NCBI GenBank assembly: GCA_004764695.1
Contig: SMSO01000006.1
Location: forward strand, 387,859-451,858
DNA from: Schizochytrium sp. TIO01
Lineage: Eukaryota; Protista; Bigyra: Labyrinthulomycetes
Direction: 5' to 3'
Length of the DNA stretch: 64,000 nt
Each line of letters starts with the position of its first letter. The first letter of the stretch is position 1. Below are positions 36,577 to 48,288 of the stretch, piece after piece. The notes below the pieces were generated by a model. It was not told the origin of the DNA. It ran no database searches and saw only the letters and a list, made by a program, of their open reading frames with translations. The position numbers and the translations under genes were made by a program.

Positions 36577-37465
36577 TCTATCCTGGGCGTAATTCACTCG
36601 TGTTATTCTGAGATCTGCATAGACTCACTCATGCCGCAAAGTTGGACGGAGTAAAGAAAGATAGATCGACCCAGATCGAACAACTAGAACATAAGAACAT
36701 CCAGAACAGTATCGATAACCTTGTTCAACATCGTTATGTAACTACTGCTGAAGTCACACAAGAACCTCTCATCCTTGGTCCCAGTGGATCAAAAATGCTG
36801 CATATATCATCATTTTAATTTTTTTTTTCTATAAAACTGCTTACCTTTCGTAGCGATTATGAAGCGACAGATTAGTATCGTAGGGCAGCTGTGAAATGAA
36901 GTTTATGTTTGCTTTTCAGGTTTACTAAGATGATCTTGTCTTTCCAGCTCAGTGATGATGAAGCTATCCGCACTTTCCAATTTTACAGTGGGTCTTGTCG
37001 CATTATGAGAAAGTCCCAGGAAAGTATGTAGACTTTGTTCTCAAATGACTGCTGTAGGGAAATGAACGTTTATGTTTCTGTAGTAAACGATACAGATATT
37101 CATGTTTAGTTACAAAGTCTTCTATAAGTCATAATATCATCACACTCTCACGCCTATGTTTTTCAAAGGAATGTTTCGTTCAGAACTTTGTTTCGAACAT
37201 GCCGGCTTGGTTTTAAAGATAGGAGCATTGGTGTTCCCACTAAAATGTGATAGTGCCGCGGAGTACACACACATGGGAACACGCCGCACACCATAAGCAG
37301 ACTACAAATTAGTTCTCATTTCCGAACCTAGTGCAGCCAATGCAAACCTAACTTTCAGACGAGGCAAGCCACAAAGTTCGCTATGCGTGGGGCGGGACTG
37401 TCTACAGGCTGAAGATTATTCTGGTGGGAAGAAGCAACTTCCCTACGCCAGGGAAATAAGTCACC

Positions 37466-38872
37466 ATGGCAAAGAAAAAGAAGAAGGGTACCGCAGAGGC
37501 TGGCGGGGCTGGGGTTTCTGCACCTGCTAACAAGGAGATTGACAAGGAGGTCCTTCTTGATCAGCTGTTATTGCGTGAGCGGGTGCGCGAGATGGAAGAG
37601 AAAAACCGCGTACTAGCTCAAGCAAATACAACTCTTTCTGCAAAACTCACACAGCAACAGCAGGATCAGGCTGATGTGTTTTATCATTTGCATCGGAAAA
37701 TTGATCAAACTCAGGAGACTGTCACAAGCTTGGAGACAGCACGTGAAGAGACAGAGCGAGAAGCCGCAAGTGAGGCTAAACAACTTAGATTACAGATCAC
37801 AAAGCTTGAGAAGGACATAAACACCCGCGAAGCTGCACATGAGACTGAGGTTTTTTCTCTGCGACAAGAACTAATAGCTCTAAATCAATTCGCAAAAAAT
37901 AAGGCCAAATATGAATCTCGTATCCAGGAGCTTGAAAAACTCTTAAAAGAAGAAACTTTACGGCGCACGAGGGAAGTGGCAGATATGGAGCTTGAGAAGG
38001 TTCGTGAGAAGGAGAGATTAAAGAAAGATATGCTTGTGAAAATTAAGGAAACGAAAAGATCCCTCCTGAGGCTTACAGAAGATCAGCTAGAAACTACGAC
38101 TAAGCGGACAATTTTGGAAAACGAACAACTGGCTACAGAGCTTCAGTATCAATCTCGGGAGACTGAGAAATTACTGGCTCGTTTAGGAACCTTGGAGCAC
38201 GAGAACAAAGTTTTGCGGAGAAACCTTGATCTTGTCGACGCAGAAAAGCTTGGGCATGCGCGTAAAGCTAATTTGTATTGGAAGCTTTCACAGACATTGC
38301 AGGACCAGCAAACACGCGAAGAAGGAAAGCAGCAACACGAAGCCGAGGCAGATCGTGTTTATCACCGTCAGCAGACATTAAACGGGGAAGGCGGGTTTTC
38401 TGCCGTCGGGACTACAGACCAACCATTTGCGAAGCGGGTCCAAGAGCTCCTGAGAGCAAACCGAAAGTTACAAAGTGAGCTAGCCACAGCAAACGATTTG
38501 CTGAACTCTACTGCACGTGTTATAGATACAACGCTTACTGAGTATGATTTGGAGAAGATGCTAAAGGCCACATTGTATGAGCTGCAAGATTGCCTGAAAG
38601 CTCACCACGACGAACAGTGTGCTATGCGTCTTCGTGGCCTTGTTACGCGACGCAAGATGAGTCTTTCGCGACAAGCTCAACCTCTCCCTGTCTGGCAGCG
38701 AGCGCCCTCTAGCGGAGGTTTACTAGGGTCTGGCAAAAAGAAGGGAAGTCCAGATATTAAAATCGATGCTCCTCGGAGTAATGACAACAATAGTGAAAAA
38801 AACCATGGCCCTCGTATGATTTTCTCTCCAAAGCCTCCTCCCTTGAAATCACCTCGTCCCCAACTTCGATAA
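37466..38872 (+). CDS. CFAP157: Cilia- and flagella-associated protein 157-like coiled-coil protein
   Basis: Basic N-terminus MAKKKKKG, DQADVFYHL, and the conserved block EKERLKKDMLVKIKETK..LTEDQLETTTKRTILENEQLATELQYQSRETEKLL, which I recognise from the FAP157 family. Confidence 0.75.
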   Translation: MAKKKKKGTAEAGGAGVSAPANKEIDKEVLLDQLLLRERVREMEEKNRVLAQANTTLSAKLTQQQQDQADVFYHLHRKIDQTQETVTSLETAREETEREAASEAKQLRLQITKLEKDINTREAAHETEVFSLRQELIALNQFAKNKAKYESRIQELEKLLKEETLRRTREVADMELEKVREKERLKKDMLVKIKETKRSLLRLTEDQLETTTKRTILENEQLATELQYQSRETEKLLARLGTLEHENKVLRRNLDLVDAEKLGHARKANLYWKLSQTLQDQQTREEGKQQHEAEADRVYHRQQTLNGEGGFSAVGTTDQPFAKRVQELLRANRKLQSELATANDLLNSTARVIDTTLTEYDLEKMLKATLYELQDCLKAHHDEQCAMRLRGLVTRRKMSLSRQAQPLPVWQRAPSSGGLLGSGKKKGSPDIKIDAPRSNDNNSEKNHGPRMIFSPKPPPLKSPRPQLR

Positions 38873-39769
38873 TCACTCTCACGAATAAGAAATGAAACGT
38901 TATTTTATGAAATTCTACAAATGTGAATTTTCCATGGCTTCGTGGAGTTATGTGGATACTGGTAGCTCTTTTTTTCTTTTCGAATGTAGTGTTTGATATA
39001 ATCTATTATCTATAATATGAGAGATTCTATTGCTACCATTCTGAGGCTCTTTTTCTATTTTCGTTTTTTAAAATAAGAGAATCATCCTCAATATAAAGCA
39101 TAACAGCTTTTTTCGCAGTGGGGTTGGCCGTACTTGGTAGTCTCTGTGTCGTGAATAGAAATCGTTACCACCTGTCGTTTCAAGAAAAAACTATAGGTCT
39201 TTCTCTAGAACATTATACGATGCGAAAAATCAAGGTTATGCCTAACCCCTAGTTCATTTATGATAAAAAAGAGAGCAATCATGTTTCAAGCACTTCAATA
39301 GAGATGAGTTACATATGAATTGCTTTAAAAAGATACTATAAAAAAATGATAAATATTTTCTCGTTAAAAATGTAAAGATGAGGAAAAGTAAGTAAGGAAT
39401 GTATTTGAGACGGGGGCTGAGGGATGAGTTTGCATCTGCAGAACTTAACTTGCACTTGTCTCTGAATGGAAAGAGCAAACCAGCAATGGAGAAGCATTGA
39501 TGGGATAAATAAAAAAGTAAAAAAAGGTAGAGAAATGAAGGAGTGAGTGACGATCATTGAGCTCACACAAAGGATTTTCAAAAAGGAGTGTTTCTTCAGG
39601 CACAGAAGAACCCACCGTATGATGTTCTGGACTCGGTCTCTCTTATTCACGGACGGCATTCGGCACATACACAAACCTATGCATGCGCAAGGCGCGTCAA
39701 CAGTCGCAGGGGTATTTATTGACAACACAAAACTGGGAGAAGAAATTTTTTGTTGCGGCTCTATGTCCC

Positions 39770-41881
39770 TTAACGAGATCCAGAAGCCAACTTTTGCTGT
39801 TGCACAAGCTTTTGCAGGCCGATTGCAGCGTTCATGACTTCTGGATCCGAAGGAGGCGCACCAGAGGCAGCGGCGGAAGAGTTGTTTGCATTTCCAAAGT
39901 TACTGCCAGATGCGCTGGGCATCTTCGTGACAGCAAGCATTGACTGCAAAAGGGGCGTCAAAGATGACGACGAAAGATGTTGCTGCAAAGTGTGGGCGTG
40001 CATATTTGTATTGTCACCCTTGAAAGGGATAGCCGCGGATGAGGAAGAGGACGAAGGAGACTCGCCACGCAAGAAAGAAGAGTTCATGCTGAAGGGGTTG
40101 GAAGAAGATGAAAGGTGGTTCTGCTGCTGGAATGCCATTGGCAAGGACGAGCCTCCCATCTGAAGACCATTATGATGAGCACTGAGCGGTGATGCAGCGG
40201 GCTGCTGCTTGATCGGTGCCCTCGGCTGCAACATCATAGCTGCGGCAGTGCGCTGCTGGTTCTGGTTATGCTGCTGCTCTGGGCTTTCGCTTGTGCGAGA
40301 GGGAGGTCGTGGGGAACGCTTCTTATCATTCTTCAGACCTGAACGACGGGAGCTCGGTTTTCCCCACCCGTTGAGAGGAGGGATGTTCACCGAGAGCAAA
40401 GAGTCCGGTGTCGCTTCGCCTGTGGTAAACGACATGGATCCAGCGGTGGAGCCCGAGTCCATGCTGCCAGCACGTGGCTTCTTCTCATGAATGCGCATAG
40501 AGGAGAAGTCACGTCCGGGAGACCCGAGACCTGACATGGAACTTGTTGAGTCTCCATCAACTGATCGTGCAGCACCGCAAGGGCTTGCTTGTCCCGAAGG
40601 AAGAGCGCCAAGAGTGTCCATGCCGTGCACCTCTGAAGCTCCAGGTGATGAGAGTTCACGACGGGAGGCTGTCAAGATATCGTCAGGGTCCTGCTCAGCC
40701 AGAAAAGCGGGCAGGGGCGAAGCGGCTTGAATCTTCTGCACCACGTCCTCAGGAAGGGCTGCCTCCATCGAACGAACCTTGTGCCGAAGTCCCGGCAATT
40801 GGCTGCGGAGATTCTCTGTGTAGAGCTTCTTGCGCTGACGGCAGAGCCGAGCGGACGCTGCGTTGCGCTTGAGGCGGCGGCGCTTGCGTTCCTCGTGCGA
40901 CATTTCAGAAAGAGGGAGGCCATCTTCATTGTCACTGCCGAGATCATCATCCTTGGGGTCCAAGTCACCACGCATTGCGGCTGCACTCATCGGCGCCATG
41001 GGATCAAAGGGGTCGTCCTTGATTGAGTCGACCGATCCGAACGCCTTAGACTCGACCAAAAACTGCTCGCGAGCCTTGATCTCTGCCGTGTGGTTGAGCC
41101 GAAGGTGCTCATCGAGCAGCCGGCGTTCCTCGAACGTCCGAGAGCAAAAGAGGCATGCGAGAGGAGGGGCCCCAAAAGAATCAATGATGGTACGAGCCTT
41201 TTGAAGATCCTCCTTGGGCAGCTTGTCCAGTGCGGCCTGCAACTCCTTAAGTCGAAGGCGGAGAGCAGCGACCAGCTTGGTGAGCACCTCAGCCTCTTGT
41301 TTCTTGCGTTCACGACGAAGACGGGCAGTCATGCGGTTGCGCGCCAGCCGGGCTTTCGTCTTGTCAGGTTCACCACTCGAGCTGCTGGAGCGCTTAAGAC
41401 CACGGCGCAATGATGCTTCATCGCTAACAGAGAACTTATCGTCGGATGAAGAGCCTGTATCCACAGGGGACATTTGAGACGACTGTTGTGGTTGTTGTTG
41501 CTGCTGAAAGAATGATAACCTGCGGATCATTTCTGGGTACATGGATGATGAGTCATGTTGCGAGGGCATGGGAGATGAGCTATTATTGTTACCAGGTTGA
41601 GAATTGGATTTGAGTTGGGAAAGGTAATCCATGAGGTTTGCAGAACCGGGGAGAGATGAGGTCATTGCTCGGAGACTGTCGAGACGGGGCAAAGTCTGCT
41701 GCTGCTGCTGCTGCTGGTTGTGCAATTGCTGTTGTTGTTGTTGTTGTTGCAACATGCTATTGTTGTTGCCAAGAAGCTTCTGAAGGGCAGAGAGACTATC
41801 AGGTTGGCCGTTGGTCTGTTGTTGCTGCTGCTGCTGTGCAGCAAGCTTCGCGATGAGTCCCTCAAGCGTCTGCTGGTCCAT
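39770..41881 (-). CDS. Transcription factor with two bZIP domains flanking a C2H2 zinc finger, poly-Q N-terminus
   Basis: bZIP1 RLARNRMTARLRRERKK plus zipper; C2H2 CLFCSRTFEERRLLDEHLRLNH; bZIP2 RRLKRNAASARLCRQRKK plus zipper. Likely ATG at 41881, immediately after the acceptor CTCTTTACAG|CAATG (probable 5'UTR intron). Confidence 0.9.
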   Translation of the reverse strand: MDQQTLEGLIAKLAAQQQQQQQTNGQPDSLSALQKLLGNNNSMLQQQQQQQQLHNQQQQQQQTLPRLDSLRAMTSSLPGSANLMDYLSQLKSNSQPGNNNSSSPMPSQHDSSSMYPEMIRRLSFFQQQQQPQQSSQMSPVDTGSSSDDKFSVSDEASLRRGLKRSSSSSGEPDKTKARLARNRMTARLRRERKKQEAEVLTKLVAALRLRLKELQAALDKLPKEDLQKARTIIDSFGAPPLACLFCSRTFEERRLLDEHLRLNHTAEIKAREQFLVESKAFGSVDSIKDDPFDPMAPMSAAAMRGDLDPKDDDLGSDNEDGLPLSEMSHEERKRRRLKRNAASARLCRQRKKLYTENLRSQLPGLRHKVRSMEAALPEDVVQKIQAASPLPAFLAEQDPDDILTASRRELSSPGASEVHGMDTLGALPSGQASPCGAARSVDGDSTSSMSGLGSPGRDFSSMRIHEKKPRAGSMDSGSTAGSMSFTTGEATPDSLLSVNIPPLNGWGKPSSRRSGLKNDKKRSPRPPSRTSESPEQQHNQNQQRTAAAMMLQPRAPIKQQPAASPLSAHHNGLQMGGSSLPMAFQQQNHLSSSSNPFSMNSSFLRGESPSSSSSSAAIPFKGDNTNMHAHTLQQHLSSSSLTPLLQSMLAVTKMPSASGSNFGNANNSSAAASGAPPSDPEVMNAAIGLQKLVQQQKLASGSR

Positions 41882-42327
41882 TGCTGTAAAGAGTCTGTTA
41901 TAGTCTGTTTCCGCGATGCCCATTCGAAAAAAGCGACCAAAGATGAATGTAGGTAGAGAAATAGATATCAAAGCACACCTTACGAATGACCTATTTAGTC
42001 AATAGGTGACGCGTGGAGTAGCGGTGGCTCTTCGATTGATAGATTGATAGAGTTGAATATAAAAAAAAAGTAGCGAAGCGCGAGCCAGGGTGTGCGGCCT
42101 GGATAGATATATAAAATAAAATAAAAAAAGGGGTTGAGATTGAGTGGAACCGCAATTTATAGATAAATATAGGTCCTGAGCACCGCGTTCGCCAAAGTAA
42201 ATATATAAATTAAAAAGCGCGGGGAAGTGTTACGGCACCGTGATCCCTACACGATGCGTACTTTCACTACCGCCGCGGCTTCTTTTCAAATATGCTTTTC
42301 GCCTCGAGATCGAAGCGCGACCGAGCC

Positions 42328-42381
42328 GTGAGTAAGTCGATAAGTTAAATGTATGTGAGTAAGTCGATAAGTTAAATGTAT
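42328..42381. repeat. Perfect 27-bp tandem duplication GTGAGTAAGTCGATAAGTTAAATGTAT x2
   Basis: Two exact adjacent copies upstream of the bZIP gene. Confidence 0.9.
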
Positions 42382-44434
42382 CAAAGAGGAGAGCCTGACC
42401 CGCGAAATCGGTCAGCCTCTACTCACAGCCCCAATGCACCACGAGCGACTCGGGACTAGCTCCAGCAAACCGATGCCGGGGTTAGTTCCTCGCGCACAAG
42501 CAGGCACGCGAGCAGTATCAAGTGAATATATAAAGAGATGAGGCAAAGCAGGGTTCTCCGTTCGAGACCCCTTCAAAGCAACCCAAGGGCCACGGACGAC
42601 GCTTCTCCAAACAATTAAGAGAAACAAGGCGGTCGAGACAGCAGGCGCTGCTCGTCGCTCTTTCCCGCTTTCCGGTGCTGCGTGCGTGCGGCAGCGAATG
42701 GGAGTGAGTTGCGCGGCTTTGCTTGGGGGCTAGCGTCGCTCTGGGCGGCGAAGGGCGCAAGCAAGCGTAGTTCGGGCGACACGGCCTCCGCCGTGGTCGC
42801 CGTTCCCGCTCTGCTTTCGCCTCGAAGCCTCTCTTTGTTTCTTCCTTTTCTTTTTCTTTCCTTTTCTTTCTCTCCTCTTTCTGAGCAGAAGAGGAGAGGA
42901 AAGAAAACAAGGACGGAAATGAGGGAAACAATTTGGGTTTGAATCCCCTTTCTCTTCGCTCTTCTTTCGCCGCCCTATTTGTTAGCAGGGGCAAAAGCTA
43001 GTGCGTTTTTCTTTTCTTTTTCTTTTCTATTCTTTTCTTTCTTTTCTTTCTTTTCTTTCTTTTCTTTTCTTTTCCTCTTGCTCTTTACTCTCCTCTGCGA
43101 TAGAAACAGAAAGAAAAGCCATGAAAATGAAAATGAAAAAACAAAACAACTTTTAAAAGCAAAAAGCTAAGCTTTGCTCTCTGTGTGTCTATTCGCTTCT
43201 CGGGAAAACCTTCCATACCGGTCTATCGCCTTGCTACCCTCTCACTAGCACTCTCGATTAGTACAAAAGTGCAAACAAACATAAATTCGTAAAAATATGT
43301 TTAAACATATGAAATAAGAACTGAAAACCGTGATTATCTTTCTTAGTTTCTTTTCTCTACTTAGAAGAAGTCATTTAGTGAGAAAGGATGTCTCTGCTTC
43401 CTCCCTTATAACAGCAGCAGCGAATAGAAAATGGGAAAGAAAGAAAGAAACAAAGAAACAAAGAAAGTCAGCCAGTCAGTCATCCTTTTGACTGCGCATT
43501 CATTTCTTTCAAGCGAGCAAGTTTCCTTCGTCCTTTGGGAACTCGTCCGTCTTCCTTCGCTCGTTTCTCTTCGCGGCCGAGACGAGCGCAGACTGCAGCT
43601 GCTTCAAAGGGGCTCGCGAAACCAAACCTGACACTACTCGCAGCTTCCGCACGTCCTTTCAAACCTTCATTTCTTCAAACTGCTTCAATCCTTCCTTCGC
43701 AACTCTTTCTTTCTTCTCTTCTTTCTCTCCCTTTCTTTCTCTTCTTTCTTGAAAGTTCTTTGCTTGTTTCTCTATCTCTCACACCTACCCACTATTACTT
43801 TCCAAGCTTAGCAGAACAGAGACAAGGCTGTTCCATTTCTCGCTGGTGCGACGTAGTTTTCAAGCCCGGGACGCCTAGGGTCCTCCTATGCGGAACTCTA
43901 TTCTATAATTTTCCCGGCCGATCTCCGTGCTCGCCTCGTTCTTGGCCATTCTGTACCCCAGCTAGCCCCATGACTACACTTTACGCTAGGAGCCCTTCTC
44001 CCTCGAGGTTCCTCTTTCCACTCATTGATCTGCTTTCTTCCGTTCTACCTACTTTATCTTCCTTCAGCGTCACGGCGATGTCTCAGTGTACGCAGAGGAG
44101 ACCCTTTCAAGATTCCGAAGAACTTCCGTCCCCTACCTCCACTGGCTCCAACGCTGTGATTGCAGGGAGCGACATTACCCCTTTAGCTCCCTTTGTTTTC
44201 ATCACTGCGGGGACCTGTTCCACTGGTAACAATTTGCAAAGAGGCAGCGAACAGCCGGTGGAAAGTATTATGGCTACTCTCTAATAGGTACTTAGCTACC
44301 TAGCTAGCTACTATCCTTCTAAAAATACTTTGAGAGTTGAAATACTTTATTCTTCTTCTTTCTTTCGAAAGGAATATCGTTTTTTTCTGTTGAAGCAAAC
44401 AGAAACAAAGCAAGCCTAATAGAATAGTTAGATA

Positions 44435-44496
<62 letters not shown>
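44435..44496. repeat. (GATT)n microsatellite
   Basis: About 15 copies. Confidence 0.95.
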
Positions 44497-44497
<1 letters not shown>

Positions 44498-47400
44498 CAT
44501 CGCTTTCAGTAAACCCTCCTTTTCCCAGCAGTGACGCAGCCGCGCTCTTCCATGTCGCGCACTTTTCCCTCGCATTTCTCTTTCGACAACTCACATGGTC
44601 TGTACTCTATACCCCCCTAACTCCATAGACCATACCTTTGCTTCGACACCAGGAGGGGGTCTTACTGTGACTCTGGACCACCCTGAAAGGGCGCCAAAAA
44701 GCCTCGTCATTAGCCTATTCTGTTCCAACCATTTAGTCATTCTTTGTCATTCTTCATTTACTCACCATCATTGTTACATAAGATTTAAATTTTTATTTTT
44801 TCAGGATTCTGTTTTTGAAGGCTATATATATTTCCAATTGTCTATTTTAAGCTCATAAAAAACTACTTTTCAGAAAGTTTCAAACCAACAGCCTACTTTG
44901 CAATTACGATATACAGAAGCTTATTCCAATTGCCTCTGCTATTCTACCTGTTAAGCACATGTCTTCAGAAGGCGCTGCGAGTGAAGTATGTTGACCATAA
45001 TGATTACACGAGCTATTATGCAAACCTACTCAGAGGCCCTAGGTCGCCTTTCTCAGACAGACCATTAACTCCTTCTCGTTCCCGCCCTAGATCGGACAGC
45101 GAACCGCACTGTGCCAAGTCTGATCTGTCTCCTCTGGGTGCGCGCGAATCACTGCATTAACCTAGGGGTGCCATCAATGGTCACATATTGCCGTGGCTAG
45201 GCAGCTAGGTAGGTGGTACCGTTACTGATAAAAAGACTCGGACTGGCATTTTAATTTTGGATTGTTTTTTATTTTAAGTTTAAAAGGCCATTTAAAAAAA
45301 TCAAATAATAAAATGTCTTCATCTCTGTCTGTGCGCTCTCTTTTCTTTTTTCTTCTCTTTTCCTTACCTGTTGTTATGAGTCCCTCTCTTCCGGCTGCGG
45401 AATTTCCGTGCTCGGGGAAACTCTCGTGTCTCGTGCAGAGTGCAATGATGTGCTCTTCCTTGAGCACAGGTGTCTGAGAAGACTCTGATTCCCCATCTTA
45501 AGCCCTGTTCATGGAGGCCATGCTCCGCTTGCGGGTCTCTGCGTCCTTCTCCTCGCACACCCGAGCCTTAACCACGACGAATCATTGATGATGCCGCTTC
45601 CATTGCTGATGATGCTCTGCCCGCGATGCCGCAGCCCCTACTGTTTCGGATGGCTGCGCATTACCAGTGCAGGTGGTACCTTCCTCTTCGGAAAGCCCTG
45701 CTTACTCCTATCACCCTGGCTCAGCCTCTGCGGCCCCTCACAGCACAATAATTATCCGAGAGGCGCTATAACGCCGAGTGTGGCGACCCAAAACCCGTCG
45801 CCGCGAGCAGAAGGCACGAGCGGAAAGAAAGAAATCTCAAGGCTGTGAATTAGTTGTTCACGGTAGTATGTATGGGGTAGGTAATATACGGTAGCAATGT
45901 AATACGCATTGCTATGGTCAAGTGCAGGTGAGTTTTTATTTTTAGAATATAGCAAAAGAGAGAGAGAACTTGAAGGGGGAAAACAGAAAGGAAAGAGGCA
46001 TAGCTCACTAATAAGGGCAATGATGGACAAAAAGGGGGGGGAAGAGAGAGAAGAAGAGACCCGTTTGTTCAAGTTCTGCGTCGAAAAAGACAGAGAAAAG
46101 GGCGAAAAGGCACACTAGCTTGCTTGCTTGCTACCTAGGTCTCCACTAGGGTTAAAACATTGAGAGGAATTTGCTTATTGGAGAAAATATCAGCGTGAAG
46201 AACCGAAGTGCTTCAAGAGAATGATCATCAAAGGAGGAGCAGCGGAAAAAGTCGTTGGTACCTCCCTCCCTCAGGCGTCGTGTTTTTTTTTTGTTTTTGT
46301 TTTTTCAGGTTCTGCCGGCAGGGAGAGATTTGGAGGCACTGGACCGACGTAAACAGTCAGCCAAAGCCGCGCAAGGTTTCGAATTCGTTCTCTTATCCTG
46401 CTTCTCCAGGCTAGTTCGCCACTAGTCAGATCCCCAATCATCGCAGTTCGCTCGCTTCTTCGTCAAAGTTGTTTGCGATCGCTCGGTTCTTGGCCTTTTC
46501 TGCTTTTTTTTTGTTGTTGTTGTTTGCTTTTTAAAGTTTAATTTAATTATAAATAAGAAATTATATATACCTTTCTAAGAAGAAGCTAAATGAGTAGTGA
46601 GAAGGCTAAACTCGAAAAGAGAAATTAGTTCAAAACATTGATGACAGTGCAGGTTAAAAAGTAGCATCAAGAACAGAGAGGTACTGGCGAGCACTTCGAG
46701 GCTTCATTCGGTTCAAACAAAGACTGAAGAACCGGAGAAAGGACGAGATCGATGCTGATGATGTAGTGTAGTAGACATCTCCTCCCTTCAAAGAACGCGC
46801 ACAGAAATGAATACGAGCGAAGCTTTAGAAAATAAACGACCTGCACCCTTAATATGACGAGGTACTTCTTCAATTTATGCACGTCACGAATAAGCTGCGA
46901 CGATGGTAGAAGTATATGAAACTAAAGTTTTCTTTTAACTATGAAACAAACATGCTTGCGACTCACTCGTGAGCTGATTGATCCTCTGCGACGGTCTCGC
47001 TGAGCTTTGGCTCTGGCCAAGATTCCCATGTCAGTCCAAGATGGCTTGATGCGTACCTGCAGCAACTGAACCCGATGTGGCATTCGATGTCCTGGCCGAG
47101 GAGTTTTAGCAATGATGGAGAAGGGCTCTCAACTCAGTTCTTCTGCAAGTTCTTCGAGTTCTTTGCAAGATTTCTTGGCTTTCTATTGCACGCTCTTCCT
47201 ACATAAGTCTCCCCAAGAGTAATAAAATAGCCTTTTCACTAACCTCAAACAACGAAACATCTTCTTTTACATTTATAATATTCGTGATGAAAGAGAAAAA
47301 AAACAAAAAAAACAATTGTACTCCTATGATAAGTTATGACTTACTATATACTCCCAATACTGTTTACTCTTACACTCTCACTAAATAAAGATGAATGTCT

Positions 47401-48255
47401 TTGAAAGTCGCTGATTGCTTTTTTTAATATATATATATTCTTATGTTATCTTTAAAGTTGCCCTAACTATAGATTTTCAGGTAGACACGCATGATCGATA
47501 TAAATGAATCTAGAACTTTTTGCTAATCTGCTTTTCAAAAATAATCATACAAGTAGGTAGGTAAACAGTCTGCGTAGGTAGGTGTAGGTAATCCAGCACT
47601 CTGCTCTTATATTTTTCCTCTTTTTTTTTTCCCTTTTTTTTTAAATTAAATCAACGGGAGTGCACTGTATAGCAGGTCCTACGCCCTTCGCTACTGTGCT
47701 ACAAGTTTTAGGTTGTTTGGTTTTCACTTCAAAAAAGTTGAAGAATGGAAACCAAGAGTTGAATTTCAATTGCCTCGAGAAGAGACCCTGCATTTACACG
47801 ATGGCATGCCTCGAAGGCGCGCTATGGTTCAATTTCGCGTTGGCTTCGTGACCCTGCCCACTGTCCATTGAGTTTCGAGGTTGATCATGCTTCTTGACGC
47901 AAGTCGAGTCGATCTCGGGTCCCTCCCCTTCAAATGCCATAATTAGTTAGTTAGCGTTAGTTAGTTAGATAGATAGGTAGGGAGTTACTTAGTACCTTGT
48001 ACCCAGGTGCTACTAAATCGTCTCGCTCAAGATTATATTCCGCTGCTGCGTTTGAGATTTCGTGGCGTAGTCCTTCGCCATTCACAACGTACCTCGCTCC
48101 CACGCTTCGTAAGTCGTGGCCGTGGTGATAGGCGAATGTCAGACTTGGGCATTGCTTCTGCAACGAGCGCCTCGTTTTTGGAGCTGACGGCGGCGGCGTT
48201 TGTAATTCACAAGGTCGCCTCATCATCCTCCTCCTCGTCATCCGCCGCATCATCA

Positions 48256-48288
<33 letters not shown>

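Noticed and set aside
43535-44284. 249-aa ORF
   Set aside because: TTG start, S/F/L/P low complexity arising from pyrimidine tracts, no domain.
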